This document shows positions 25,586-36,120 of a stretch of 64,000 nucleotides of DNA, in pieces. Source of the DNA: Fluviibacter phosphoraccumulans EoVTN8 (GTDB lineage Bacteria > Pseudomonadota > Gammaproteobacteria > Burkholderiales > Rhodocyclaceae). Made by a program: the position numbers and the translations under genes. Every line of letters begins with the position of its first letter. Within the stretch, counting starts at the first letter, position 1. A model generated the notes under the pieces. The model saw only the letters and a program-made list of their open reading frames with translations. It did no database searches and was not told the origin of the DNA. The stretch spans positions 527,846 to 591,845 of the forward strand of contig CP126743.1 of the NCBI GenBank assembly GCA_036287865.1. The letters run 5' to 3'.

Positions 25586-27220
25586 TCAGTGTTTGTTATG
25601 GTTGTCGCGGCGGGCGCGCGCCTGCTCAACAGCCGCAGCAATGGCTGCCTGTTTGGTTGCCGCATCCAGTACCGGATGCGTATCAAGTGCCACGGGCGTC
25701 GTGGCTTGTTCGTGGTCGTTGGCCGGCGTCGCCGCTGCCTCAGGTGTTGCTGTGGCAGCAGGCGCACCATCTGTGAGCGTTGCACCGGCAGCCTGACGGG
25801 CCGCATTGGCCTTGGCCAGACGTTCTGCTTTCTCACGCTTTTCGCGCTCGGCACGTTCTTCGCGGAATTCAAAACGCTCGCGGGCGCTGTCAGCGGCCTT
25901 GTGCGAACGAGCCTCGGCCTGGATTTCGCTCTTGGCGAAACGGAAGTAGTTCACCAGTGGAATGTGGCTCGGGCAGACATAATCGCAGCAACCGCATTCG
26001 ATGCAGTCGAAGAGTTTGTACTTCTCGAGCTTGTCGAATTTGCTGGCGCGTGACCACCAGTAAAGCTCGAAAGGTTGTAATTCCTGCGGGCAGGCCTGAG
26101 CACAACTGCCGCAGCGAATGCACTGTTGTTCAGCCGGCTTTGGTGGAAACAGTTTGACTGAATGCGCGAGCAAACAGTTGGTGGCCTTGATCACGGGCGC
26201 ATCGGCCGTTGGAACGCGGAAGCCCATCATGGGGCCGCCCATCACCACACCATCAGTATCAGGCAGGGGGTTGGCAAGGGCGATCAGTTCGCCGATGGGC
26301 ATGCCAATCGGTACAGACCAGTTTCGTGCCTCACCCACATTACCGCTGAGCGTCACAATGCGCGAGATTAGTGGTTCGCCATATTGAATAGCGCGCCAGG
26401 CAGATTGCACCGTGGCCACATTAAAGACTTGTACCGCAAAATCGGTGGAGCGTTTGCTGCCGGGTACTTCTTTGCCGGTGAGCACGCGGATCAATTCTTT
26501 GGCACCACCCGTCGGATAAATCGTTGGCACGGTGATAACTTCAACGGGCGCATCAAGGGCAACCTGTGCCGCCTTCAGTGCTTCAATGGCTTCGGGCTTG
26601 TTGTCTTCAACGCCGATCAGTACACGCTTGGCACCAATCAATTTGCCAAAGAGGGCGCTACCCTGAACAACTTCCGCCGCCTGCTCGCGCATGAGGCGAT
26701 CATCGCAGGTAATAAAGGGTTCGCATTCGGCGCCGTTGATAATTAGTTCTTCAACCAGTTTGCCGCGTGGCACGCTCAGCTTTACGTGGCTTGGGAAAAC
26801 CGCACCACCCATGCCCACAATGCCCATGTCGCACAGGTATTCGCGTACGGCATCGGCTGAAGTGCTGTTCAGATCAAACGGCGTGCGTTCAATCCATTGA
26901 TCTCTACCATCTGCTTCGATGACTACGCAGTCGGTCGGCAAACCAGACGGGTGCGGCATGACGTGCGGGCCGACTTCAACCACTGTGCCAGAGGTCGGTG
27001 CATGTACTGCTGCCGAGACCCAGCCATCGGCTTCGCCAATGCGTTGGCCTTTCAGTACATAGTCACCGGCCTGAACCATCGGTCGTGGTGTGCCACCAAC
27101 GCTCTGATGCAGCGGCACGATATAACGTTTGACCAGCGGTGCCTGTGCAATCGGCAGCGTGGTCGATAGCGACTTGTTTGGATTCGGCTTAACTCCCCCT
27201 TTGAAGGAGAAGAGCTTCAT
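25586..27220 (-). CDS. rsxC: Rnf/Rsx complex subunit C
   Basis: SFKGGVKP, GIVGMGGAVFP, NGAECEP, two ferredoxin motifs CIRCGSCAQACP and CIECGCCDYVCP; ATG at 27220. Confidence 0.94.
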   Translation of the reverse strand: MKLFSFKGGVKPNPNKSLSTTLPIAQAPLVKRYIVPLHQSVGGTPRPMVQAGDYVLKGQRIGEADGWVSAAVHAPTSGTVVEVGPHVMPHPSGLPTDCVVIEADGRDQWIERTPFDLNSTSADAVREYLCDMGIVGMGGAVFPSHVKLSVPRGKLVEELIINGAECEPFITCDDRLMREQAAEVVQGSALFGKLIGAKRVLIGVEDNKPEAIEALKAAQVALDAPVEVITVPTIYPTGGAKELIRVLTGKEVPGSKRSTDFAVQVFNVATVQSAWRAIQYGEPLISRIVTLSGNVGEARNWSVPIGMPIGELIALANPLPDTDGVVMGGPMMGFRVPTADAPVIKATNCLLAHSVKLFPPKPAEQQCIRCGSCAQACPQELQPFELYWWSRASKFDKLEKYKLFDCIECGCCDYVCPSHIPLVNYFRFAKSEIQAEARSHKAADSARERFEFREERAEREKREKAERLAKANAARQAAGATLTDGAPAATATPEAAATPANDHEQATTPVALDTHPVLDAATKQAAIAAAVEQARARRDNHNKH

Positions 27221-27221
27221 A

Positions 27222-27821
27222 TCAGGCAGCCTGACCCATGCCGGTGGCAACAGGAATAATTGGAATCACGCGTGGTGGCGTGTTGGGTTTTTCCCATTTC
27301 CAAGTATCCAGCGTCGTTTCTACTGTTTCCATGGAGATGCACTCGACCGGGCAGGGTGGAATGCAGAGTTCGCAACCGGTACACAAATCAGTCACGATGG
27401 TGTGCATCTGCTTGGCCGCGCCGACAATCGCATCGACAGGGCAAGCCTGGATGCACAGGGTGCAACCGATACAGGTTTTCTCATCGATGAGCGCTACGGT
27501 TTTCGGCTTTTCTACACCGTGTTCTTCAGAGAGCGGTTTGTATTCTTTACCTAGTAACTCGGCGAGCTTGTGAATGTTTTCATCGCCACCGGGGGGGCAC
27601 TGATTGATTTCGGCCGCACCATTTGCAATGGCTTCAGCATAAGGTTTGCAGCCGGAAAATCCACATTGGCCACACTGCGTTTGCGGCAGAATGCTGTTGA
27701 TCTTTTCAACCAGCGGGTCGCCTTCCACTTTGAACTTAACCGCAGCAAAACCCAGCATGGCGCCGAGCAGTACGGCGCCGAGTGCCATGACTGCAATTGC
27801 GTAGAGGAAGCTATCGCTCAT
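27222..27821 (-). CDS. rsxB: Rnf/Rsx complex subunit B
   Basis: [46 protein letters not shown]. Confidence 0.95.
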   Translation of the reverse strand: MSDSFLYAIAVMALGAVLLGAMLGFAAVKFKVEGDPLVEKINSILPQTQCGQCGFSGCKPYAEAIANGAAEINQCPPGGDENIHKLAELLGKEYKPLSEEHGVEKPKTVALIDEKTCIGCTLCIQACPVDAIVGAAKQMHTIVTDLCTGCELCIPPCPVECISMETVETTLDTWKWEKPNTPPRVIPIIPVATGMGQAA

Positions 27822-27826
27822 GTTGA

Positions 27827-28411
27827 TTACCGGATGCGATCTAGGCCGGCAAAGCCCATGAAAGCTAAGCTCATTAGGCCGCCAGTAATCAGACCAATTG
27901 CCGTGCCACGAAAATGCTGCGGCACATCGGCGCCTTCAATTCGTTCCCGAATGCCAGCAAATAGTATAAGTGCTAGAGAGAAACCAATGGAGCTACCCGC
28001 ACCAAATAGAATCGAGGCGATGAAATCATTGTTCTGCGAAATGTTGAGTAGCGGTACACCCAGTACGGCACAGTTGGTCGTAATCAACGGTAGGTAGATA
28101 CCGAGCACCTGGTGAAGGGTGGGGCTCGTTTTCTGGATGACAAGTTCGGTGAGTTGTACTAGTGCGGCAATCGTTACGATAAACGAAATGATGCGCAGAT
28201 ACTCCAGACCGAATGGAATGAGTAGGTAGTGATCGATGATGTAGCTGGTGCCGGTGCCGAGCGTTAACACGAAGGTGGTGGCAGCGCCCATACCATAGGC
28301 CGTGGCCAGTTTTTTGGACACGCCCATAAACGGACATAGTCCAAGAATCCGAACCAGTACGACGTTGTTCACCAGAACAGCGCCAATTACCACGAAAATA
28401 TATTCGGTCAT
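27827..28411 (-). CDS. rsxA: Rnf/Rsx complex subunit A
   Basis: [34 protein letters not shown]. Confidence 0.95.
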   Translation of the reverse strand: MTEYIFVVIGAVLVNNVVLVRILGLCPFMGVSKKLATAYGMGAATTFVLTLGTGTSYIIDHYLLIPFGLEYLRIISFIVTIAALVQLTELVIQKTSPTLHQVLGIYLPLITTNCAVLGVPLLNISQNNDFIASILFGAGSSIGFSLALILFAGIRERIEGADVPQHFRGTAIGLITGGLMSLAFMGFAGLDRIR

Positions 28412-28543
28412 CTACAGAAAGACGTTAAGTCAGAAAATGGGTTGCCTGAAGGGGGTCGCGATTTTGCGATTAACTTTTACATTATCCGCCCGCCATTGGT
28501 GTGGCGCAACACGCATTCGCTATAACTATATGCATTAATACGC

Positions 28544-28572
28544 AAAAGACCGCAGCTTTACTGCGGTCTTTT
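28544..28572. terminator. Intrinsic terminator downstream of pyrD
   Basis: AAAAGACCGCAG-CTTTA-CTGCGGTCTTTT perfect stem. Confidence 0.8.
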
Positions 28573-28587
28573 GGCATATACCCTGTT

Positions 28588-29637
28588 TTAAACGTTAGGG
28601 CGGTGATTTTGGCGCGTGTAGCGGGCGAGGGCTTCACCCACGTCTTTAATCAACTGCGGCCCCTGATAAATGAGGCCGGTGTAAATCTGAACCAGTTCAG
28701 CACCGGCGTCACGCTTGGCGATGGCATCGTCGCCTGAGGCAATACCGCCGACACCAATGAGCGGCAGCTCACCGGCCAGTTTGTTACGCAGCGCAGCCAG
28801 CACCGCAGTCGATTTTTCAAATACGGGCTTACCTGATAAGCCGCCAGTTTCGCCCGCGTTCGGATCACCCATCACGGCGGCACGTTCCAGCGTGGTATTG
28901 GTGGCAATCACCGCGTCGAAGCGGTGACGGCATACGGCGGCGGCAATGGCATCAATCTGCAGGTCATCCAGATCTGGTGCAATCTTTAAAGCAAGCGGTA
29001 CGTATTTCCCGTGCTGGTCTGCCAGACGTTGCTGACGATCTTTCAAGCCTGCCAGTAGGGCTTCCAGTGCATCGTCCTGTTGCAGGGAGCGCAGGTTCTG
29101 GGTGTTGGGGCTAGAGATATTGATCGTGACGTAGTGCGCATGCGCGTAGGCTGCATCCAGGGCGATCAGATAATCGTCATTGGCACGATCAATCGGCGTG
29201 CTGGCGTTCTTGCCAATGTTGATGCCGATGATGCCGCCGTTTTTAACGAAATGGCTGGCTTTGACATTGCTGACCAGATTATCAACACCCTGGTTATTAA
29301 AGCCGAAGCGGTTAATCAGCGCACCATGGGCCGGCAGGCGGAACAGACGTAGCTGTGGGTTACCCGGTTGTGGCTTAGGTGTCACCGTACCGATTTCGAT
29401 AAAACCAAAGCCCATGGTGGCCAGGCCATCGATATGTGCGCCATCTTTATCAAGGCCAGCCGCTAAGCCCACACGATTAGGGAATTGAATCCCCATTACC
29501 GTAACCGGATCAGCGGGCAGTGTCTGACGCAGTAGCCCCAGCTTGGCAGCGTGGTCAAGGCCATTAAAGCTGAGATTGTGCGCGGTTTCTGGGGCGAGGC
29601 TAAAAAGGAGCGGGCGTAAAAAGGAATAGGCGTTCAT
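28588..29637 (-). CDS. pyrD: Quinone-dependent dihydroorotate dehydrogenase
   Basis: [42 protein letters not shown]. Confidence 0.96.
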   Translation of the reverse strand: MNAYSFLRPLLFSLAPETAHNLSFNGLDHAAKLGLLRQTLPADPVTVMGIQFPNRVGLAAGLDKDGAHIDGLATMGFGFIEIGTVTPKPQPGNPQLRLFRLPAHGALINRFGFNNQGVDNLVSNVKASHFVKNGGIIGINIGKNASTPIDRANDDYLIALDAAYAHAHYVTINISSPNTQNLRSLQQDDALEALLAGLKDRQQRLADQHGKYVPLALKIAPDLDDLQIDAIAAAVCRHRFDAVIATNTTLERAAVMGDPNAGETGGLSGKPVFEKSTAVLAALRNKLAGELPLIGVGGIASGDDAIAKRDAGAELVQIYTGLIYQGPQLIKDVGEALARYTRQNHRPNV

Positions 29638-29654
29638 ATTGGGGTTCTTTGCAA

Positions 29655-30395
29655 TCAAGCCGGCATTTTAATCCAGCGGCCATCGTCCAGCATGTCCATC
29701 GGTTGGTAGCGGGATTTATAGGCCATCTTTTCGCTCTCGGCGATCCAGTAACCGAGGTAGAGATAGGGAAAGTTGTTGTACTGGCACTGAATGATTTGCC
29801 AGAGTACGGCGTAAGTGCCGTAGCTGGCCTTGGCATCGCTCGGGTCGTAGAAGGTGTATACCGCAGAAAGCCCATCGGGCAGCACATCCATCACGCTCAG
29901 CATGACCAGGCGACCTTCAATACGGAACTCGATCAGGCGTGTGTCGACACCGCTACTCAGTAAAAACTGGGTGTATTGGTCAGCATCGTCCTCATCCATG
30001 CCGCCTTTAGGGTGACGATGCTGCTGGTAAGCGCGGTATAGCGCGTAGTGTTCGTCACAAAATTCAAGCGGGCATTCGCGCACCTGCATATAACCCGGCT
30101 TGTTCATGCGATTAACAAGTTTGCGCTGGGTGTGATCGGGCACAAAGTCGAGGGCGCGCACACGAACCGGCACACAGCGGGCACAACCATCGCAGCGAGG
30201 CCGATAGGTGTATTGCCCACTACGACGAAAGCCCCGTTGTATCAGGGTGCTGTAAACAACACCATCAATGTGTTCTGGCGGAATGGCCACCTGAGATCGT
30301 GCCTGACGATCGGCCAGATAGCTGCACGGGTAGGGTGCAGTGGTGTAAAACTGGAGCAGCGCATCGGGTAGACCCGCTTCGTGAATGTTCGACAT
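29655..30395 (-). CDS. ate: Arginyltransferase-family aminoacyl-tRNA-protein transferase (ate/bpt)
   Basis: [16 protein letters not shown]-x2-[29 protein letters not shown]. Confidence 0.88.
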   Translation of the reverse strand: MSNIHEAGLPDALLQFYTTAPYPCSYLADRQARSQVAIPPEHIDGVVYSTLIQRGFRRSGQYTYRPRCDGCARCVPVRVRALDFVPDHTQRKLVNRMNKPGYMQVRECPLEFCDEHYALYRAYQQHRHPKGGMDEDDADQYTQFLLSSGVDTRLIEFRIEGRLVMLSVMDVLPDGLSAVYTFYDPSDAKASYGTYAVLWQIIQCQYNNFPYLYLGYWIAESEKMAYKSRYQPMDMLDDGRWIKMPA

Positions 30396-30425
30396 GGCAC
30401 TAGCTTAACCAAAACCACCGGAAAT

Positions 30426-30447
30426 AAAAAACGCCGCAGGTGCGGCG
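30426..30447 (-). terminator. Probable intrinsic terminator after the NlpC/P60 gene
   Basis: CGCCGCA-GG-TGCGGCG stem with A6 on the left (U-tract on minus strand). Confidence 0.6.
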
Positions 30448-30470
30448 CTTTCGGGGTGCAGGGTAATCGT

Positions 30471-31163
30471 TTAAAACGAGAGCGCCTTGCTTGGGGCGGC
30501 GGTTACGCCATCCAGACGACGGGCGCCGTTGTATTTGTTGACCCAGTAAGACTGCTGCATATTCTCTACGCGAATTTCCGCACCGGGTTTAGGGGCATGC
30601 ACAAACTGGTTATTGCCGAGGTAAATGCCTACATGCGAATAGGCGCGACGCATGGTGTTAAAGAACACCAGATCACCCGGTTTCAGTTCGTCGGCGCTGA
30701 CTTGTGTACCCACGTGCGCTTGTTCAGCGGCCGTACGGGGCAGGTCGATGCCATTCGAATCCAGGAATACGAGGCGCGTAAAACCGCTGCAGTCCAAACC
30801 GGACTCCACCGTATTACCACCACGACGATAAGGGACACCCACGAACTCCAGGCCTTTAATCACCAGATCCTGGATGTTCACGGTGTATCGCTGCAGCAGA
30901 CCCGGCTTTTCCAGCTCATCGGCACGAACAGCCGTAGACACCGGAACCAGCGCGCTTGTAATGGTGATAGCCGTAATGGCCTGCACCAGAGCTTTGCGCG
31001 TCATGCGGCTTGCGCCAGCACTTAGAGTCGCCTTGCGAGGGGTTTTTACCTTTTGCATGAGGTTTACTCTAACCCAAAGTTCTGTCCAGGGCAACCCTTT
31101 GTTGTCGTTAGGGGATTGCCCCGTTTTTGGGCAGTTTTCAACTCTTTTATAAGAGTTTGTCAA
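30471..31163 (-). CDS. NlpC/P60 (C40) peptidase; true start probably later (31058 or 31004)
   Basis: VPYRRGG, GLDCSG, LKPGDLVFF, YSHVGIYLG, FVHAP. Confidence 0.88.
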   Translation of the reverse strand: MTNSYKRVENCPKTGQSPNDNKGLPWTELWVRVNLMQKVKTPRKATLSAGASRMTRKALVQAITAITITSALVPVSTAVRADELEKPGLLQRYTVNIQDLVIKGLEFVGVPYRRGGNTVESGLDCSGFTRLVFLDSNGIDLPRTAAEQAHVGTQVSADELKPGDLVFFNTMRRAYSHVGIYLGNNQFVHAPKPGAEIRVENMQQSYWVNKYNGARRLDGVTAAPSKALSF

Positions 31164-31282
31164 TTTCTCTTATTTCCCTCTCGCTTATGGCTTCGGCTTG
31201 TGTTACAAATTCAGTTTGCGCAGTTATTTTCCGATAATTTGCCTCAAATTGTCGTTCCTCCGTTTTTTGAAAGAAAACCGCC

Positions 31283-33880
31283 ATGTTAGAAGCTTACCGG
31301 AGCCATGTTGCCGAGCGCGCCGCCCTGGGGATTCCCCCGCTGCCGCTGAATGCCCAGCAGACCGCAGACCTGGTCGAACTGCTGAAGAATCCACCTAAAG
31401 GTGAAGAAGATTTCCTGGTTGAGCTGATCACCTACCGCGTACCTGCTGGTGTGGATGATGCTGCACGCGTTAAGGCGGGTTTCCTGGCCGCTGTTGCCAA
31501 GGGTGAAGTGAAGTGCGCGCTGATCTCGCGTGTGCGCGCTACCGAACTGCTGGGCACCATGCTCGGCGGTTACAACGTTAAGCCACTGATTAATCTGCTG
31601 GGCGATGCCGAATGTGGCGCCGCAGCGGCTGAAGGCCTCAAGAAGACCCTGCTGGTATTCGATTTCTTCCACGACGTGAAAGAACTGGCCGACAAGGGCA
31701 ATGCCAACGCCAAGGGCGTTCTGCAATCCTGGGCTGATGGTGAATGGTTCACCTCGCGTCCTGAAGTACCTGCTTCGCAGAAGCTGACCGTACTCAAGGT
31801 CACTGGCGAAACTAATACCGATGATCTGTCGCCAGCCCCTGATGCCTGGTCGCGTCCGGATATTCCACTGCACGCTCTGGCCATGCTGAAGAACCCACGC
31901 CCTGGTATCGATGCTGATGAGCCAGGTACGCGTGGTCCGATCAAACAACTCGAAGCGTTGGCCAAGAAGGGCAACCAGATCGCCTACGTCGGTGACGTGG
32001 TAGGTACCGGTTCCTCGCGTAAATCGGCTACCAACTCGGTGCTGTGGTTTACCGGTGAAGACATTCCTTTCGTGCCGAACAAGCGTTTCGGTGGCGTCTG
32101 TCTGGGTTCGAAGATCGCGCCGATCTTCTTTAACACCATGGAAGATGCCGGCGCACTGCCCATCGAAATCGATGCCGTTCAAATGAACATGGGCGACGAG
32201 ATCGAGCTGAAGATCGACCAGGCCACAGCAAAGGTTACCGCGCTGAAGAACGGCCAAGTCATCGCCGAATCGCAACTCAAAACGCCAGTGATTCTGGACG
32301 AAGTTCGTGCCGGCGGTCGTATTCCGTTGATCATTGGTCGCGGTCTGACGACTAAGGCACGTGAAGCACTGGGGCTGCCACCATCGACTCTGTTCCGTCT
32401 GCCACAAGACCCAGCCGATTCGGGCAAGGGCTTCTCGCTGGCCCAGAAGATGGTCGGTCGTGCCTGTGGTCTGCCAGAAGGCAAGGGCATCCGTCCTGGC
32501 ACTTACTGTGAGCCGAAGATGACCACCGTGGGTTCGCAAGATACCACCGGCCCAATGACCCGTGATGAGCTGAAGGATCTGGCTTGTCTGGGCTTCTCGG
32601 CTGACATGGTCATGCAATCGTTCTGCCACACCGCGGCTTATCCGAAGCCAGTGGACGTGAAGATGCACCACGAGCTGCCAAACTTCATCGAAACCCGTGG
32701 TGGCGTTGCGCTGCGTCCGGGTGATGGTGTGATTCACTCGTGGCTGAATCGCCTGCTGCTGCCGGATACCGTTGGTACTGGTGGTGACTCGCACACCCGC
32801 TTCCCGATTGGTATCTCGTTCCCGGCCGGTTCTGGCCTGGTTGCCTTCGCCGCTGCTACGGGCGTTATGCCACTAGACATGCCTGAATCGGTGCTGGTTC
32901 GCTTCAAGGGCAAACTGCAGCCTGGAATCACCCTGCGTGACATGGTTAACGCCATTCCGCTGGCGGCCATCAAGCAAGGCCTGCTGACGGTTGAGAAGAA
33001 GGGCAAGAAGAACGTGTTCTCTGGCCGTATCCTCGAAATCAAAGGCCTGCCAGATCTGAAGGTTGAACAAGCGTTTGAACTGTCGGATGCTGCTGCTGAG
33101 CGTTCGGCTGCTGCCTGTGCCATCCAGTTGAACCCAGAGCCAATCGCCGAATACCTGACCTCGAACATCACACTGATGAAGTGGATGATCGCTAATGGTT
33201 ACCAGGACAAGCGTACGCTGGAGCATCGTATCAAGGCTATGGAAGCCTGGATCGCCGATCCGAAGCTGCTGAAGGGCGATGCCGATGCAGAATACGCCGC
33301 TGTGATCGAAATCGACATGGACCAGATCAAAGAACCGATCGTGGCCTGCCCGAACGATCCGGACGATGTGAAGCTGCTGTCGGAAGTTGCTGGCGACAAG
33401 ATCGACGAAGTCTTCGTCGGTTCGTGTATGACCAACATCGGTCACTTCCGTGTCGCCTCTAAGTTGCTGGAAGGCAAGAGCGATATCCCGGTTCGCCTGT
33501 GGATCGCACCGCCAACCAAGATGGATCAGCACGTGCTGACTGAAGAAGGCCACTATGGCGTTCTGGGCCGCACCGGTGCCCGCATGGAAATGCCGGGCTG
33601 CTCGCTGTGTATGGGTAACCAGGCACAGATCCGTAAGGGATCGACTGCAATGTCGACCTCGACCCGTAACTTCCCGAACCGTCTGGGTATCGATACCCGC
33701 GTGTATCTGGGTTCGGCCGAACTGGCTTCCGTTTGTGCACTGCTGGGCAAGATCCCGACCCCGGCCGAGTACATGGAACACCAGGGCGTCATCAGCAAGA
33801 ACGTTGACTCGATCTACCGCTACATGAACTTTGATCAGATCAAAGAGTTCAAGGACGTGGCAGATACGGTTAACGTCTAA
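31283..33880 (+). CDS. acnB: Aconitate hydratase B
   Basis: [58 protein letters not shown]. Confidence 0.98.
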   Translation: MLEAYRSHVAERAALGIPPLPLNAQQTADLVELLKNPPKGEEDFLVELITYRVPAGVDDAARVKAGFLAAVAKGEVKCALISRVRATELLGTMLGGYNVKPLINLLGDAECGAAAAEGLKKTLLVFDFFHDVKELADKGNANAKGVLQSWADGEWFTSRPEVPASQKLTVLKVTGETNTDDLSPAPDAWSRPDIPLHALAMLKNPRPGIDADEPGTRGPIKQLEALAKKGNQIAYVGDVVGTGSSRKSATNSVLWFTGEDIPFVPNKRFGGVCLGSKIAPIFFNTMEDAGALPIEIDAVQMNMGDEIELKIDQATAKVTALKNGQVIAESQLKTPVILDEVRAGGRIPLIIGRGLTTKAREALGLPPSTLFRLPQDPADSGKGFSLAQKMVGRACGLPEGKGIRPGTYCEPKMTTVGSQDTTGPMTRDELKDLACLGFSADMVMQSFCHTAAYPKPVDVKMHHELPNFIETRGGVALRPGDGVIHSWLNRLLLPDTVGTGGDSHTRFPIGISFPAGSGLVAFAAATGVMPLDMPESVLVRFKGKLQPGITLRDMVNAIPLAAIKQGLLTVEKKGKKNVFSGRILEIKGLPDLKVEQAFELSDAAAERSAAACAIQLNPEPIAEYLTSNITLMKWMIANGYQDKRTLEHRIKAMEAWIADPKLLKGDADAEYAAVIEIDMDQIKEPIVACPNDPDDVKLLSEVAGDKIDEVFVGSCMTNIGHFRVASKLLEGKSDIPVRLWIAPPTKMDQHVLTEEGHYGVLGRTGARMEMPGCSLCMGNQAQIRKGSTAMSTSTRNFPNRLGIDTRVYLGSAELASVCALLGKIPTPAEYMEHQGVISKNVDSIYRYMNFDQIKEFKDVADTVNV

Positions 33881-33900
33881 GTTGATCTAGCAATAAGAAG

Positions 33901-33933
33901 AACCCGCCGCTCGCAAGACCGACGGGTTTTTTT
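33901..33933 (+). terminator. Intrinsic terminator of acnB
   Basis: ACCCG...CGGGT imperfect stem followed by T7. Confidence 0.7.
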
Positions 33934-33973
33934 ATAGTCGTTCAGTGAAACGCCTCAGATTACAGTCTTGACT

Positions 33974-34003
33974 TTGACTTAATTCAGGTCTAAATTCAGT
34001 CAA
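33974..34003. promoter_or_regulatory. Imperfect palindrome, probable toxin-antitoxin operator
   Basis: TTGACTTAATT...AATTCAGTCAA, 18 nt before the antitoxin ATG. Confidence 0.5.
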
Positions 34004-34021
34004 TCGATTTGGGAGTGAGCC

Positions 34022-34300
34022 ATGCAGACAGTCACCAATATCAAAACAATCTCCTACCTCAAAAGCCATGCGGCTCAAGTAGCCGAGGAATTGGCATTGA
34101 ATGGACAGCCGTTTGTTGTAACCCAGAACGGTGAGGCCAGCATGGTGATTCAAGGCATCAAAGAGTATCAGGAGAAAGAAGCGCTGATCGCCGCCCTGAA
34201 AATTGTTGCGATGGGTGAAAAGCATCGTCAGCAAGGTCATGGTTTGTCGGTTGAAGAATCCAGAGCGCAGCTATTGGCCGCTCGTCAAAGCCGTAAATAA
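34022..34300 (+). CDS. Phd/YefM-family antitoxin
   Basis: IKTISYLKSHAA, PFVVTQNGEASMV; 92 aa; stop overlaps the toxin start. Confidence 0.85.
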   Translation: MQTVTNIKTISYLKSHAAQVAEELALNGQPFVVTQNGEASMVIQGIKEYQEKEALIAALKIVAMGEKHRQQGHGLSVEESRAQLLAARQSRK

Positions 34301-34620
34301 TGTCGATCATTATTTTGCCTGATGCGCAGGCAGATCTGCTTGCGTTGCAGGATTACATGCTTGATCAGTGGAGCGAAGCGGATTGGATCAAAGCTGAAGA
34401 CGAAATCTTTGCAAAGCTAGTTCAGGTTGATGGTAGTTTCTTGACGGGACAAACGGTTTCAGAACTTGCGACTGTTGGCATACTTGATTACAGAAACGTT
34501 TATACGTCCCACCACAAACTGGTATATCGTCGAATCGGTGCTGATACGTATGTTTATATCGTGGCTGGGCATCGCCAGGAATTCCCCACGCTACTGATGA
34601 AGCGTTTATTGCGCGCCTGA
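34300..34620 (+). CDS. RelE/ParE-family toxin
   Basis: ILPDAQADL, HHKLVYR, VYIVAGHRQ; 106 aa coupled to the antitoxin. Confidence 0.82.
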   Translation: MSIIILPDAQADLLALQDYMLDQWSEADWIKAEDEIFAKLVQVDGSFLTGQTVSELATVGILDYRNVYTSHHKLVYRRIGADTYVYIVAGHRQEFPTLLMKRLLRA

Positions 34621-34637
34621 CTTAAAAGGAAATATCC

Positions 34638-35039
34638 ATGAAAAAATCGACATCAATCGCCATCGTTGCATTGCTGGTTTCCGCAACCGGCGTTGCCCAA
34701 GCTGAAACACTGCGCGCCATTACGGTGGAACAAAATGCGAGTTACGCACTTGATATCGACAGCCTGGTGCAATCCAATGGCAAAACGGCTTTTAGCGTTC
34801 AGACGGTTTACACCAGCAAAATGAGAGCACCGAATGGAACGGAATACACCAAAGCTACCAACACCTTTCTGGCAGACTGCAAAGCCAAGACTCAGGCCTT
34901 AACGGGTGTGTCGCTTATGGATGGGTCAGGCAAGGTGGTTTACAGCTACAACCCAACCGTTACTGAAGCACCGATGATTGCCCCGGAAAGAAATTCGCTA
35001 GATGCCAAGATCATGCAAACCGCGTGTGCTATTAAATAA
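34638..35039 (+). CDS. Secreted hypothetical protein, surface-adhesin E-like fold possible
   Basis: Signal peptide (AQA), RBS AAAGGAAA, Cys pair in ADCK and TACAIK, spacing resembling Adhesin_E-like proteins. Confidence 0.55.
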   Translation: MKKSTSIAIVALLVSATGVAQAETLRAITVEQNASYALDIDSLVQSNGKTAFSVQTVYTSKMRAPNGTEYTKATNTFLADCKAKTQALTGVSLMDGSGKVVYSYNPTVTEAPMIAPERNSLDAKIMQTACAIK

Positions 35040-35046
35040 CTATTAG

Positions 35047-36112
35047 GGCGGTGGCAGCCAGACGGCATTCACCTCGGGTGTGTTGCAAGGCCTCTTTGAG
35101 GCTGGTGTGCATGATTCGCATGATATTACGGCAATCACCGGGGCATCGGGTGGTGCTTTGAATGCCGCATTGGCTTGGTATGGTCTATTGAAGCGTGCTG
35201 CCGGCGATGCAACACCGGTACAGCAGCGGATTGCGGATTTTTGGAATGAATTGAAGGCTTCTGAGCCAATGGAGCAGTGAATCGATATGATCGCCTCACA
35301 CTCACTGCGAGTTTCGGGCGCGGGTTACTTACCCAAGTTGGAAAGCAGTCCGTCGTCGCATTTCAGTCAGATGTTGCAGAACGTGATGAGCTATCTGTTA
35401 CCTCGTACGAACTACACGGACTTCAAAGGCTTGATCGAGTCGCATATTGATTTTCATGAAGCAGCACGCCTCAATAATCTGGATCGAAGCACAACCCTCT
35501 TGATGGGGGCAGCCGATGTTCTCAAGGGAAAAATCAAGATATTTAGCTCCCGTGAAAATGCAATTTCTGTCGAGTCTATTATGGCCTCTGCAGCAATCCC
35601 TAGTGTCTTTCCAGCAGTCCAGATTGGTGATTCTTATTATTGGGATGGTCTGTTTTCAGCGAATCCACCGCTTGGCGCTTTGCTTAGAAACGTTTATATG
35701 GGCGGGGGGATCGGTTTCCGGAAGAAATCTGGGTTGTGATGATTGACCCTCTGGAATATCACAAGGTGCCAACCTCGCCGGACGAGATTCTTGAACGTCG
35801 CACCCAGATGACCAGTAATATCTCGGTGGTTCAGGAGATTGAAAAGATCGCGATGTAGTGGAACATGATCTACAGAGATGGCGTTAAGCAAGAGTTTCTA
35901 GATGACAATGGCTTTTCACATGTGCGTCATCTGCGTATTCGGTTTATCAAGATTTCTGATGAAATTCAGTAAACGCCGGACTACGCAAGCAAGCTTTCTC
36001 GTAACCCGGATCGCTGGTTGCTGAGGGCAAAACGCAAGCGCGGGAATTCGTCGCCTCGTTTAGCGAGCCTGGTTTGACGCCTATGGAAGCGCTAAAGCAG
36101 ATATCAGCCTGA
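35047..36112 (+). pseudogene. Patatin-like phospholipase, multiply disrupted and lacking its N-terminus
   Basis: GGGSQTAF loop, GASGG nucleophile motif, ASAAIP, DGLF. Stops at 35044, 35278, 35856 and 35970; frameshift in the G-run near 35705. Confidence 0.85.
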
Positions 36113-36120
36113 TTTATGGA

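Noticed and set aside
31286-33781. Long antisense ORFs (502 and 302 aa opposite acnB; others opposite leuB, asd, purF, metZ)
   Set aside because: These are shadow frames expected from strong codon bias in highly expressed GC-rich genes; no recognisable motifs.
33940-35050. Integron gene cassettes around the Phd/ParE module
   Set aside because: No attC-like RYYYAAC...GTTRRRY paired structure or integrase was found; ATTAGGGC at 35043 is only a partial core.
35701-35712. G-run in patatin as a phase-variation switch
   Set aside because: Four other stops and a missing start make the gene unrecoverable by one slip.
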